From positions 11,173,398 to 11,237,397 of the forward strand of contig CM082588.2 of assembly GCA_040954595.2 (NCBI GenBank): a stretch of DNA of 64,000 nucleotides, in the 5' to 3' direction. The stretch's first letter is position 1, and every line of letters starts with the position of its first letter. The DNA is from Balanoglossus misakiensis (Eukaryota; Animalia; Hemichordata). Below the pieces are notes generated by a model. That model worked only from the letters and a program-made list of their open reading frames with translations, was not told the DNA's origin and made no database searches. A program made the translations under genes and the position numbers. Of this stretch, positions 13,389 through 23,404 are shown in pieces.

Positions 13389-14043
13389 ATTACACCTCAC
13401 GTATTATACCGTTTTCGTGATTGGCTGAGACGCGCTCACGTGATATAGAAAAAAAAGTGATATAACATGGCTAGAGTTGATAAAGCCCTGTCGCGTGCGC
13501 TGATATTGCCCGCTTGGTTGTTTTGGTGTTCTGGGCACGACTTCTGCGCGTTCCAAACTGTCGTTCAATGGCTTCCTTCACGATCAGTCAACTCCCGCAT
13601 CTATATGGCTTCAAAGCGACACACAGGCTTAACACCTGTTCTACTGGATGATATTTTACTGCAAACGGGCAGTAAATACACCAAAATCGCAACCAACAGC
13701 GCAGTATTTTCAAAATAATCTAAGTTCGAAGTAGGTATCGTATAATTCTTGGGAGATCGAGACATTTTACATTCTCAGCAACGTACGACATATGGACGCG
13801 AGTCTACATGCTACATGCTGCAGTGTATGTACGTTCAAATGTTCGGCGTAATAAAATTAATAACACATTATGCTCGGGCAACATCACGATTTGAAGCCTG
13901 CCCTCGGGCTGGTGATCTCTGACCAAAATATTGATGATACCCTCGCCTGCGGCTCGGGCATCATCAATATTATGGTCAGAGATCACCATCCCTCATGCAG
14001 GCTTCAAATCGTGATATTGCCCTCGCTATCATGTGTTATTATT
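13389..14043. mobile_element. Non-autonomous element with ~185-bp terminal hairpin (possibly Crypton-like)
   Basis: TAATAACACAT...CCCTCGCCTGCGGCTCGGG...ATGTGTTATTA near-palindrome at 13858-14041; left boundary approximate. Confidence 0.5.
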
Positions 14044-14407
14044 TAAATTAAACACTTTTTCTTGTTCCTCTCCTCATGAGTAACCCATCACACCCAGCTC
14101 TCTGCTTGTCAACGAGTCATGTGTATGTGTACTGACTGTTGTTATTATTTACGAATGTTTTCAAACAACAACAATGCCGATTGTGCCCTCATAGGTTTCG
14201 TTGAGAAGTTAAGACTATGGATTTAACTCTGCCCTGCGTAGCTGAACAAGAAACTATAATTGATACACAGAATAGAAATACTGAAAAATGCAAAAAGTTA
14301 CAGCTAATGGGGCTTAAGTCATGAAACTGTGTTTATTTTCATGTATATTGGCTTGAGACAGCTCACTATTTATGATGTGTGTTGTGACATTTTTTTATTC
14401 TTTTCAG

Positions 14408-14609
14408 TTTCTACATTTTGACACTGAACTTTATCATGATACTGTTGTCATTGTCGAGGTGTCTGTGTTTGACCCATCCAAAGTTCTTGCCACATACAGT
14501 GGACCGGACCAGCCTGATGAAGTTATTAGCAGTGGTAATGCAATGTTGGTGAAATTTCTCTCAGATAGTTCGCATACTGCTACTGGCTTTGAAGCATCTT
14601 GGCAAGCAG
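14408..14609 (+). CDS. uif-like exon: CUB1 C-half
   Basis: ttttcag acceptor, gtaata donor; FLHFDTELYHDTV...YSG...ISSGNAMLVKFLSDSSHTATGFEASW. Confidence 0.9.
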
Positions 14610-14902
14610 GTAATACCAAGTTTTATACATAATGTAAAACTGGAAATTTTCGCAAACGATAAATTTTCGCGAACTACACATAAACTTTGCATGTGTGGAC
14701 ACAAGGCAACTAAAAGCATTAATGCTCTGTGTTTACCTTAGGCAAATAGTGTCTCTGAAACGTTTCGAATTTTACCCTACGTGAACCTGGTATAACATTA
14801 TAGATTGCACATGTAGGCAATATTTGCCCTACCTCGACTGTGATCTTGCTGATGTCCTGTTTGTGAAGTGTTTCTGTTAAGATGACTTCTTCTTTCTTTC
14901 AG

Positions 14903-15054
14903 TGTATTCTTTGTGTGGTGGGAATTTCATAGCACAGTCATATAAACAGAATCTCAGCAGTACAGAATATTTTGAAGGCAAGAATTATCTCAACAATGAA
15001 GATTGTAACTGACAGCTGGCATCATTCACAACAGAATTTGTTGTCACTTTACAG
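14903..15054 (+). CDS. uif-like exon: CUB2 N-half with in-frame TGA
   Basis: ctttcag acceptor, gtagtg donor; YSLCGGNF...KNYLNNEDCN*QLASFTTEFVVTLQ; TGA at 15010-15012 replaces the conserved CUB Trp. Confidence 0.8.
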
Positions 15055-15420
15055 GTAGTGGATTCAGATGCAATTAATCGTGTGAGTTGTTTTACAGCAT
15101 GACAAAAATTAGTAATTATATTTTTAAAAATACATTTTATTTTTGTCATTTCTGGTCAATTCTCAGTAGTCACTTTTCCGATTTCTTAAAATTTGGTTTA
15201 CAAGGACCTACAATATTTGTTATTATGGTGTACATAAACATGTGACAAATATCAATACTGGGGAGGAGGGGGGTGGGTAGTTTTAGACATTTTTGGTCCA
15301 AAAGTCCACTTATGTCAGAAACGGCTCTTCCAGTTGTTTTGGATTTTGGTTTATTGGGATGTGAAAATATTCTTTATCAGATGTATTCTTATATTACCTC
15401 ATCAATGCTAAAGGTGTCCT

Positions 15421-15703
15421 TATAGGGACGAAGTCTCTCTCTCTCGCTGCCCTTTTCCCATTAATTATGTTTGATACAAGACACCGTTTATGTTATTCTA
15501 CATGAGGATATATAGTGAATCAACATTCGACCACACACACCTTCCATCCCATTTTTAGGATATGAGAGTAAAAATCTCGCCCAAAATGAAGCGGGATGGA
15601 ATGTTGATTCACTATATATCCACATCTAGAATAACATAAACGATAATCAAACGATAATTAATGGAAAAGGGGCAGCGAGAGAGAGAGAGACTTTGCCCCT
15701 TAA
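15421..15703. mobile_element. MITE family A, copy 3 (internally deleted)
   Basis: AGGGACGAAGTCTCTC...GAGAGACTTTGCCCC-TTAA. Confidence 0.8.
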
Positions 15704-15814
15704 TGGTTTTGTGTAGGAAATTGTGATCACTATGATTGTACGGTATGTCACATTTAAATGTACATATCAAATGGGAGCAAAGTGTCTTTGATGCTATTTT
15801 TTATATCTTTTCCG

Positions 15815-16016
15815 TTTATCTCCTTTGCAACAGAAGATGGGGCTGATCAAGTGTCTGTATACGATGGCGCTGAACTGAATCCTGCCCTCAGACTTGCTTT
15901 ATTTTCTGGGATGGAGTTACCCAATGTCATCATATCTTCCAAAAGTATGATGAGAGTTGACATTAAGAGTGATGATGCAGTTACAATGAGAGGTTTTCAT
16001 GTACATTACTGGGCAG
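15815..16016 (+). CDS. uif-like exon: CUB2 C-half; acceptor apparently mutated to CG
   Basis: FISFATEDGADQVSVYDG...FSG...SSKSMMRVDIKSDDAVTMRGFHVHYW; preceded by ttttcCG instead of ttttcAG; gtaggt donor. Confidence 0.85.
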
Positions 16017-16097
16017 GTAGGTAACGCATTCAAATTGATCAAGACGTTGTTTGAATGAAGAGGCAATCAAGGATTCATGATGCAAGAGAACAATGTT

Positions 16098-16454
16098 TTA
16101 AAGGGACAAACACTCTCTCTCGCTACCCTTTTTCCAGGAATTATGATGATACAATACAGCGTTTATGTTATTCTACATGTGGATATATATTAAAACAACG
16201 TTTGACCACAAACAACTTCCATCCCACTTGTAGACACAAGAGTGAAAAAACTCGCCAAAATGAATAATTGGTCTCTACCGTTTATTCATTTTGGCAATAT
16301 TTTTACTCTCATATCCTACAAACGGGATGGAAGTTGTGCGTGGTTGAATGTTGATTCACTATATATCCACATGTAGAATAACATAAACAGTATCTTGTAT
16401 CAAACATAGTTAATGGAAAAAGGGCAGCGAGTGAGAGAAACTTTGTCCCTTTAA
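16098..16454. mobile_element. MITE family A, copy 4
   Basis: TTAA-AGGGACAAAC...CTTTGTCCCT-TTAA; ~350-bp palindrome. Confidence 0.88.
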
Positions 16455-16827
16455 ATCACTTAAAATCATTCCCAAAGAATTTCAACCCAGTAAGAATTGT
16501 AAGGATCACAGATCTATCTTCTTTTGCCATTCTTTCTGGAAGTTTATAATATAAGCTAATCTGATACTGGGTCATTATGAAACTTTTTAACAGAAAAAAT
16601 AACAAAATGTGAAAAAAGTTAAATGAGTTTAATTTGATAACTACATGTATAACGACAGAAAGGTTTGACCTAAGGAAGTCATATACAGTTAACAGTCATT
16701 TCTTCTGTCGCGTACGACTTTTTATCCAGAAGGCAATTATTATGTGATTTGATCCCCTAGCACAAAATAAAAGGCAGCCAGGATTACACCAAACCTGTGG
16801 ATTGAATTCATTATTCCTTGTCTGGTA

Positions 16828-17578
16828 TTTTTAGCTTGGCTGTCACTTGTGTCAGCCAAGCTGTAGCAGTAGGTTGATAAGTGTCCGTCTGTCGTCCGGC
16901 GTCCGTTGTCCGTCGTCCGTCAACTTTCGGTATTTCAATCTTCTTCGTTAAAACGACATTGCATATTTAGCTATAATTTGGTAGGAATGTGTGTTATGGT
17001 GCCCCTACCTGATTTTGTAAATTTGGATTTGATGGGGTCATAAATATGCAAATTAGATCTAAAAATAGAATGTTGGTCAAACATTTTCTTCTCCCTAACT
17101 ACATGTACGATGGAGCTGAAATTTTGCAGGAATGTGTGTTATGGTGCCCCTACCTGATTTCATAAATTTGGATATGATCGGGTCATGAATATGCAAATTA
17201 GATCTAAAAATATAATTTTTGGTAAAAAATCTTCTTCTCCCTAACTACATGTACGATGGAGCTGAAATTTGGTAGAATGTGTGTTATGGTGCCCCTACCT
17301 GATTTTGTTTTATTGGAATTTTGATCGGGTCATGAATATGCAAATTAGTACCTTGGTACTTCCTTTTGATGTTGTTCTTTAGGAATAAATTCTTTCTTTC
17401 TTTAGCACAATGAATCAGGCTGAATGTGGATATTAAATACTTGTGATGTCTATGTTTGGTTTTGTTTAATAGAATACAATTGTTATGATTAAAACCTAGG
17501 GTATTCATATCATTGCCCAGCTATAGGTTTCACTGTTAAAGTCAGCAGAGCTCTTTTGACCGATAGGTCACTTGTTTC
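16828..17578 (+). mobile_element. HINE/DINE-1-like (Helentron-associated) element with internal ~140-bp tandem repeats
   Basis: 5' TTTTTAGCTTGGCTG...CAGCCAAGCT palindrome, (GTCC)-type microsatellite, three ~140-bp repeats (~16975-17350), 3' TGACCGATAGGTCA stem-loop followed by CTTGTT. Confidence 0.75.
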
Positions 17579-17585
17579 TTTAAAG

Positions 17586-17770
17586 GTTGCCAGGGAATTG
17601 AAATTCTGCGTAGTTTTGGCACGATTCAGTCACCAGGGTATGATGTTAGCACTTACCCTGATGATGTTATGTGTAGCTGGTTAATCAAGGAACCAACTGG
17701 AAGACCATTAACTCTTAACTTTGATGAGAACTTTGGATTAGAGAGGAACACAGATGTTGATTACATCATT
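17586..17770 (+). CDS. uif-like exon: CUB3 N-part
   Basis: ctttaaag acceptor, gtgagt donor; CQGIEILRSFGTIQSPGYDVSTYPDDVMCSWLI...LNFDENFGLE...DYII. Confidence 0.9.
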
Positions 17771-17935
17771 GTGAGTATCAGATATGATCATGAGTCAGCC
17801 ATGTTAAAAATATTTGTCATATTAAAAAATTTGTCATATTATTTTGCAGTGATTTTAGTTTGACAATTTTGGCAGACATTACTTCAAACTATACAACTTT
17901 GGAACACAATTTGGAAATTTAATTAATCACATATA

Positions 17936-18145
17936 TACTGTAAAACGGGATACTTTTGCAACATGAAATTTTCGCGTTATCAAAAGAGGCAAGTGTTATG
18001 CAACAATAACTTTTCACGTTCTTGTATTTCACTGCATCATTATCCCCGAAAAACATTTTTACGCAACTTTTTATTTTCATGTTTTGATGGCTCTCACGTA
18101 GATCGCGAAAATTTATTGTTTGCGAACATTTCCCATTTTACAGTA
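17936..18145. mobile_element. TA-flanked MITE family B
   Basis: TA-CTGTAAAACGGGA...TCCCATTTTACAG-TA; a further degenerate copy lies at ~18188-18386. Confidence 0.8.
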
Positions 18146-18423
18146 TGTTGAGTAGCTGTTACAGCAGGAAATGCAACAAGGATTGAATACTATAACATTT
18201 TCGTGAACGATAAATTTTCGTAAACTATGTGAGAGCCACAAAATATGAAAATAAAAAGTCGCTTAAAATGCTTCAGAGATAACAATGCAGTAAAATATGC
18301 CAATGTGAAAATTAATTGTCGCGTAACAGTAGCCACCTTTGATATCGCGAAAATTTCCTGTTGTGAAGATTTCCCGTTTTACGGTATTTACAATGCATGC
18401 TTAATTTGTCTTTGTTTCTGAAG

Positions 18424-18607
18424 GTATACAATGGTACTGAGAGTGATGATGATGTCATTATTGGTCCATGGAGTGGCAATTCTGATGGAGTCATTGATGG
18501 CACTGTGCCACCACCCGATTGCCGTACAGACATTGGACACTTTTCGGTTGTGTTCAGGAGTAGTAGAACACGACCAGCTAAAGGATTCAGGGCTTCATTT
18601 TCACCAG
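18424..18607 (+). CDS. uif-like exon: CUB3 C-part
   Basis: tttctgaag acceptor, gtacac donor; VYNGTESDD...WSG...FSVVFRSSRTRPAKGFRASFS. Confidence 0.88.
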
Positions 18608-18614
18608 GTACACA

Positions 18615-18825
18615 TACTGTAAAACACTTTATTTTCACGAGTTGAAATTTTTCGCGACATCGAGAGAGGCCACTGTTTCGCCAGTATTAATTTTCGCGTT
18701 CTCTTATTTCATTCATTGCATCTTTATCTTCAAAAAAATTACGCAACTTTTTATTTTCACGCTATTTTGGCTCTCGCGTATTTCGCGAAAATCTCTTGCT
18801 CGCGAAAATAAAGTGTTTTACAGTA
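18615..18825. mobile_element. TA-flanked MITE family B
   Basis: TA-CTGTAAAACACTTTATTTTC...GAAAATAAAGTGTTTTACAG-TA; close relative of the 44237 copy in opposite orientation. Confidence 0.85.
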
Positions 18826-19040
18826 ACTTACTAACATTTCAGAAAAAGTTGTTACAGAATTCTTAGAAACACACTCTCCCTTTATTCCTTGTGATTTAGA
18901 GTCATTAATTGAAAGGTGCAAATGTTTTTGAATTTTTACGAAACTTCAAAGAGCTGGAAAAACAGAGACAGTAATTTCTTACAATTGCAATGCAATTTTG
19001 GACCATTGACAGGAATGGCAACACTCTTGTATCACACTCA

Positions 19041-19272
19041 ATAAAGTGATGGGGTCGTCGCACTGCGTTTGTTTGTTTATAAACATTGCAATTCATCCAC
19101 AAATCCCTGAAATTAGACAGCCACGACCTACTAGGATCTTCAGTTGCTGTCATGGACAGTCTAGGATACTGTCAGCTGCTTCGTTCATTCTAAGAATTAT
19201 CTTATTTGAGGGATTTGTGGATGAATTGTAATGTTTATAAACAAACGCATTGCGACGACCCCTTCACTTTAA
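19041..19272. mobile_element. TTAA-type MITE with ~60-bp TIRs, related to the satellite flanks
   Basis: AGTGATGGGGTCGTCGCA...CCACAAATCCCT and the inverse AGGGATTTGTGG...TGCGACGACCCCTTCACT-TTAA. Confidence 0.8.
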
Positions 19273-19343
19273 AACAACTGACATTTATGAGTTTAAGTAT
19301 TTGTCTGCATGCATTCTTATCATTGTGATCCTTGTTCTGACAG

Positions 19344-19397
19344 ACTGTCCCGAAATTGTGATTAGTGAGGGCGTGGTGACCAGTACAGAGATAGAAG
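19344..19397 (+). CDS. uif-like exon: truncated sushi/CCP remnant (18 codons)
   Basis: ctgacag acceptor, gtatga donor, phase 1-1; DCPEIVISEGVVTSTEIE. Confidence 0.55.
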
Positions 19398-19679
19398 GTA
19401 TGATGTCTCTGTCTCATTCCAATGCTCGGACGGTTATCCAGTAGTTAAAGGGGATGTCCGGTCTAGCTGATATCTACATAATTTTGTAGCTTTGAGGTCA
19501 CTCTTTCAGGAAAAAAAAACATTTTCGCCGTGTATAAGTCGTACCAGCTATGCAAATATGCCTAGCCTGGTGTCTTGTATCCAAGATAATTAATGAAAAA
19601 AGTGCAGTGACTTAATTTGTCTCTTGAATCTATTGTTAGCAACAACTTGAATGACACTAATTTGTTGTTTATTTTTTAG

Positions 19680-19856
19680 GAATAACATGTGGTGGACCCC
19701 CTGAGTGCAGCAATGGAATTCTTACCAATGTTACCAGTACAGTGTATGGTGGCATTGCTTATTATCAATGCATTGAGGGCTATCAGTTTATAAATAATGT
19801 GTCTTCATTGGAATGCCAAGCAGATGGTGTCTGGGGTCCACTTGTGCCCCAATGCG
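19680..19856 (+). CDS. uif-like exon: sushi/CCP domain; donor apparently mutated to AT
   Basis: ttttttag acceptor; ITCGGPPECSNG...YQCIEGYQF...ECQADGVWGPLVPQC, followed by ATAAGT at the expected phase-1 donor. Confidence 0.85.
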
Positions 19857-19955
19857 ATAAGTTGATATTTTTGAAAACAATTAAACTGCCATTGTAGTGC
19901 ACACTTAGGAGACGGATTTTCAGAAAAATGTTAGTCCTCTGAACCTTTCAGTGCT

Positions 19956-20263
19956 TTAAAGCCACTAGAGCTGCCACTTTTTGCATTTATTTTCAGATTT
20001 TATTTTCCGACGTAGATTGGTACATTGAAATAATTAAGCTTACTGATAGGGATACAAGAACATGTCATCAATGCCTGATTGTGGCTGTATGTTGCAATTT
20101 AAACGTGCAATGTATTAAACAGGTGCCGTACCCATTTTATTAAAATCAGCCTCCATACAAACAGTATGCAGCTAGCTATCGTGGTATGCATCACCATAGA
20201 TTTGAAAGGTTTTACTGTGGAAAAGAAAAAAATTGTGAAATTTGGCAGCTCTAGAGGCTTTAA
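19956..20263. mobile_element. TTAA-flanked MITE (Kolobok-like termini)
   Basis: TTAA-AGCCACTAGAGCTGCCA...TGGCAGCTCTAGAGGCT-TTAA. Confidence 0.8.
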
Positions 20264-20560
20264 AGTGTGTGATGAGTCGTTTTGAAAACAAAGTATAACA
20301 CAGGGTGTTCACTGTCATGTTTTCATAAAAATCACTGACTCAAGTTGAAATTCTCTCCATAGCGTTATGATGGGGCACTTTGTGCTGGTTGCTACATTCC
20401 ACATGGGTGTCTAATTGGGACATTACACACTGAATGTTAAACCAGACACTGGTAACTTGAAAATATGCAGGATTGTGAGGGTTACTGCTACATGTCCCTT
20501 TAAACCATTTTCCTAGTATTAACACACTTGTAATGTTATCTGTTCATCTTATCCAAACAG

Positions 20561-20743
20561 CTCGCGAGTGTCCACCACCGAATGTAGACAACTACTTATC
20601 ATATGAAATTGTTAATGGTGATTCATTGATTTTTGGAACAACCATTGCCTACTCATGTCCATCTGGCTACAGTCTGACTGGCTACACTGTCTCTACATGT
20701 GGTGAAGATGGATCATGGATTAGAGATCCAGGATACTGTCAAC
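20561..20743 (+). CDS. uif-like exon: sushi/CCP domain
   Basis: aaacag acceptor, gtaagt donor; RECPPP...FGTTIAYSCPSGYSLTGYTVSTCGEDGSWIRDPGYCQ. Confidence 0.92.
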
Positions 20744-21053
20744 GTAAGTCATTTAAGGATGTACATTCAGTAAAATTGAAAATATGGTCATTTCTTTTAA
20801 TTGTTAATTTTTGGATTATCCTATGTATGTATAATGAAAATTTGTGATAAAATATAGGGGTCACCACGCTTGTTTTTGAAATACAGAGTCATGAATTTAG
20901 TCGATAATTGAAAAAAAGGAGTCAATGGTATCTGGACTTTTATAGTGGGAACTTGGGGTGAAAATGTTAAAGTTGTGACAGAATACAGATACCCAATATA
21001 TATACCACAATCAAGTCTGCATCCACATAGTGTTTTATTTTTTTTACTTGCAG

Positions 21054-21236
21054 GATTGAACTGCAGTGATATACTCATAACAGACCCACATCTACAAGCT
21101 GTCCCTGATAGTGGACCATATTATATGGGCAGTAACATCACATTCTATTGTAATGCTGGCTATGAATTAAATGGTGCTGATTACCTGACTTGTCAATCCG
21201 ATTTACATTGGAATAGTGCAATACCATCATGCATTG
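21054..21236 (+). CDS. uif-like exon: sushi/CCP domain
   Basis: ttgcag acceptor, gtaagt donor; LNCSD...GSNITFYCNAGYELNGADYLTCQSDLHWNSAIPSCI. Confidence 0.92.
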
Positions 21237-21713
21237 GTAAGTTCACATCAAGATTGGTCTTCATGTGGTTGTCTGCTTATGAGGTACCGTAATCGATCAC
21301 TCCAGTAATTTGACTATTTATCATAAATGTCACCTAAACTACATGCTGATAGGACATACAGTTCATGCCATGCAAATCTATGGCTGTCAGAAATTTCATG
21401 ATTTTCGTAATTTTATTTTTCATTGATTACTGTAAAACAGGAAATTTTCGCGACAAAGAAATTTTTTGCGATATCAAAAGCAGAAACTGTTATGAGACGA
21501 TTAATTTTCATGTTCTCGTATTTCACTACATTGTTATCACTGAAAATAGTTTTTTACGCAAAAATGTCTTTTTTTTTTGGCTCTTGCATAGTTCGCGAAA
21601 ATTTGTTTGTGAAAATTTCCTGTTGGTCTGGTGGTTCCCAGCTAAACTTGTTGGTCTGAATTTACCAGCGGACCTGTGGGATTTTGATCATATCTTGATA
21701 AATAACATTTCAG

Positions 21714-21842
21714 ATATCAATGAATGTAGTACATTGGTGGCACGGTGTGGAATCAATCAAGTCTGTGAAAATAGAGATGGTGACTATCAGTGTGCATGTT
21801 TGGTGGGATTTGAACCAGATGTGAATGGAACAGCATGCAAAG
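21714..21842 (+). CDS. uif-like exon: calcium-binding EGF domain
   Basis: tttcag acceptor, gtgaga donor; DINECSTLVARCGINQVCENRDGDYQCACLVGFEPDVNGTACK. Confidence 0.92.
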
Positions 21843-22363
21843 GTGAGACATAATCAAGTCACTTGCAACATAACTTCAAGTCACTATTTTCACATTTAAC
21901 ACATTCCGAACTTATTTCAGAATTCCGGATAAATTTTTGGAATGACCTTTTAATCTCAGGTGTCTTTTTCTCATAGGATTACATTGATAATTGCTAGAAA
22001 ACAAACTTCTACTATTGTCATTTTCACGAAATTTTACACATAGCTCAGTCTAGTAAATATAAATTCATTGGTCAAATAAAATTGTGTGATTACAATGCTC
22101 TATTTTGAGATAAATTTCTTTAAGGTTTTTGTCCATAGACAAACCATTGGTGAACCATGCTGAGTCAGCAGGTTTCTTCTATTATCAACTAAATTAATGG
22201 CCTTGTATTTCAAAAGCAAGCAAGGTGACGCCTTTATTTTATCACAGATTCATCTTGTACGTACACAAGATAATCCCAAAATTCACGATTAAAAGAAATG
22301 ACAATACTTTCAATTTTACTGAACGTACATTGTTTTAATCCAATCCATGTTCCTTCTTTGTAG

Positions 22364-22549
22364 ATATAAATGAATGTGCTTCACATTCTTGTGATCAACT
22401 TTGTAAAAACACTGCAGGTGGTTTTCAATGTTCCTGTGAAGAAGGCTATCTCTTATATGCAAATAACGGCACAGGTGGATTCTATCTGCCACCTGGAGAA
22501 ACTGGTCTCTCAATGTATGATGTCTACACTTTTAACCAATCATGTGTTC
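22364..22549 (+). CDS. uif-like exon: calcium-binding EGF with uif-type insert
   Basis: ttgtag acceptor, gtaagt donor; DINECASHSCDQLCKNTAGGFQCSCEEGYLLYANNGTGGFYLPPGETGLSMYDVYTFNQSCV. Confidence 0.92.
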
Positions 22550-22574
22550 GTAAGTATCATGTTAAACTATAGAG

Positions 22575-22767
22575 TTAAAGGTATATGATCACCCATGGAA
22601 AATTAGCTATATATAGTTACCATGGAAAATTGAAATCTAGCCAATCACAGATTTTCATTTGGTGGCACACGTGGAAAACAGGCGCCACCATATGTTCTTT
22701 AGAATGCTCAAATACGCCATTCAGCCATATATGGGAATGTGTATTGAAGGTGACTGTATACTTTTAA
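22575..22767. mobile_element. TTAA-flanked MITE (Kolobok-like); partial inverted copy at ~7345-7501
   Basis: TTAA-AGGTATATGATCACC...GGTGACTGTATACTT-TTAA; the 7345-7501 segment is its reverse complement. Confidence 0.75.
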
Positions 22768-23060
22768 CCAAGATTTGTCATATTATTGACCTTTATACCG
22801 CAATGAATTTGCAGCAACAAAAAGTGGACAAAAAGCTGAATTTCATAATTGGATTTCATAATTTTGCCGTAATTCAATAATGAAATGTGGAGAAAGTCAG
22901 CAGACCAACTTTGCACTGTTATTATTTATTTTGGATTTGTTTCCCTCCTGCTAACAAAAGTGTCCTCTCACCTCATGGCATGAAGATGCATTGAATTCTG
23001 AGAAAAAGGGGATTAATACTTGAGTGTATTTACAAAGACAAACAAGCTCACTGGTAGCAT

Positions 23061-23175
23061 TTAAAGGGGAAGTCCGGTTCAGCTACATAATTGGGTAGCT
23101 TTGAGGTCATTCTTTCAGAAAAAAACATTGTGTAGAAATTATGCATAAATCAGCTGGACAGGACTTCCCTTTTAA
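23061..23175. mobile_element. Short TTAA-flanked MITE; related left end at ~19445
   Basis: TTAA-AGGGGAAGTCC...GGACTTCCCTT-TTAA. Confidence 0.7.
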
Positions 23176-23404
23176 TATTTCCAAGCAAGGCAATTGGTTT
23201 ACTGCAACAATTACTTTGAAAACACAGTGTAAAACAACAATCATGATATGAATGTTACTTTAATAGATAGTCATACTTATATAAGCATGACTGTCTATGT
23301 TGGTCTGTAAGTTGTATTTGAAAGAAAAGTTTCATGTACGAATAGTACAAAGATTGACATTTAGTCCACAAATCCCTGAAATGAGACAGCCACGACCTAC
23401 CATT

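Larger units (their letters stand above)
9530..22549 (+). pseudogene. uif: Uninflatable-like (C-type lectin, CUB x3, sushi/CCP, Ca-EGF) multi-exon gene fragment, probably pseudogenised
   Basis: 13 exons with phase-compatible junctions. Domain order CTL-CUB-CUB-CUB-CCP-EGF-EGF and the second EGF insert 'GYLLYANNGTGGFYLPPGETG...NQSCV' resemble uif proteins (recognised from memory, no search run). Multiple disabling lesions; no start exon or later exons found. Confidence 0.75.

Noticed and set aside
15010-15012. Selenocysteine recoding
   Set aside because: The position is a conserved Trp, no SECIS was identified, and independent splice lesions co-occur.
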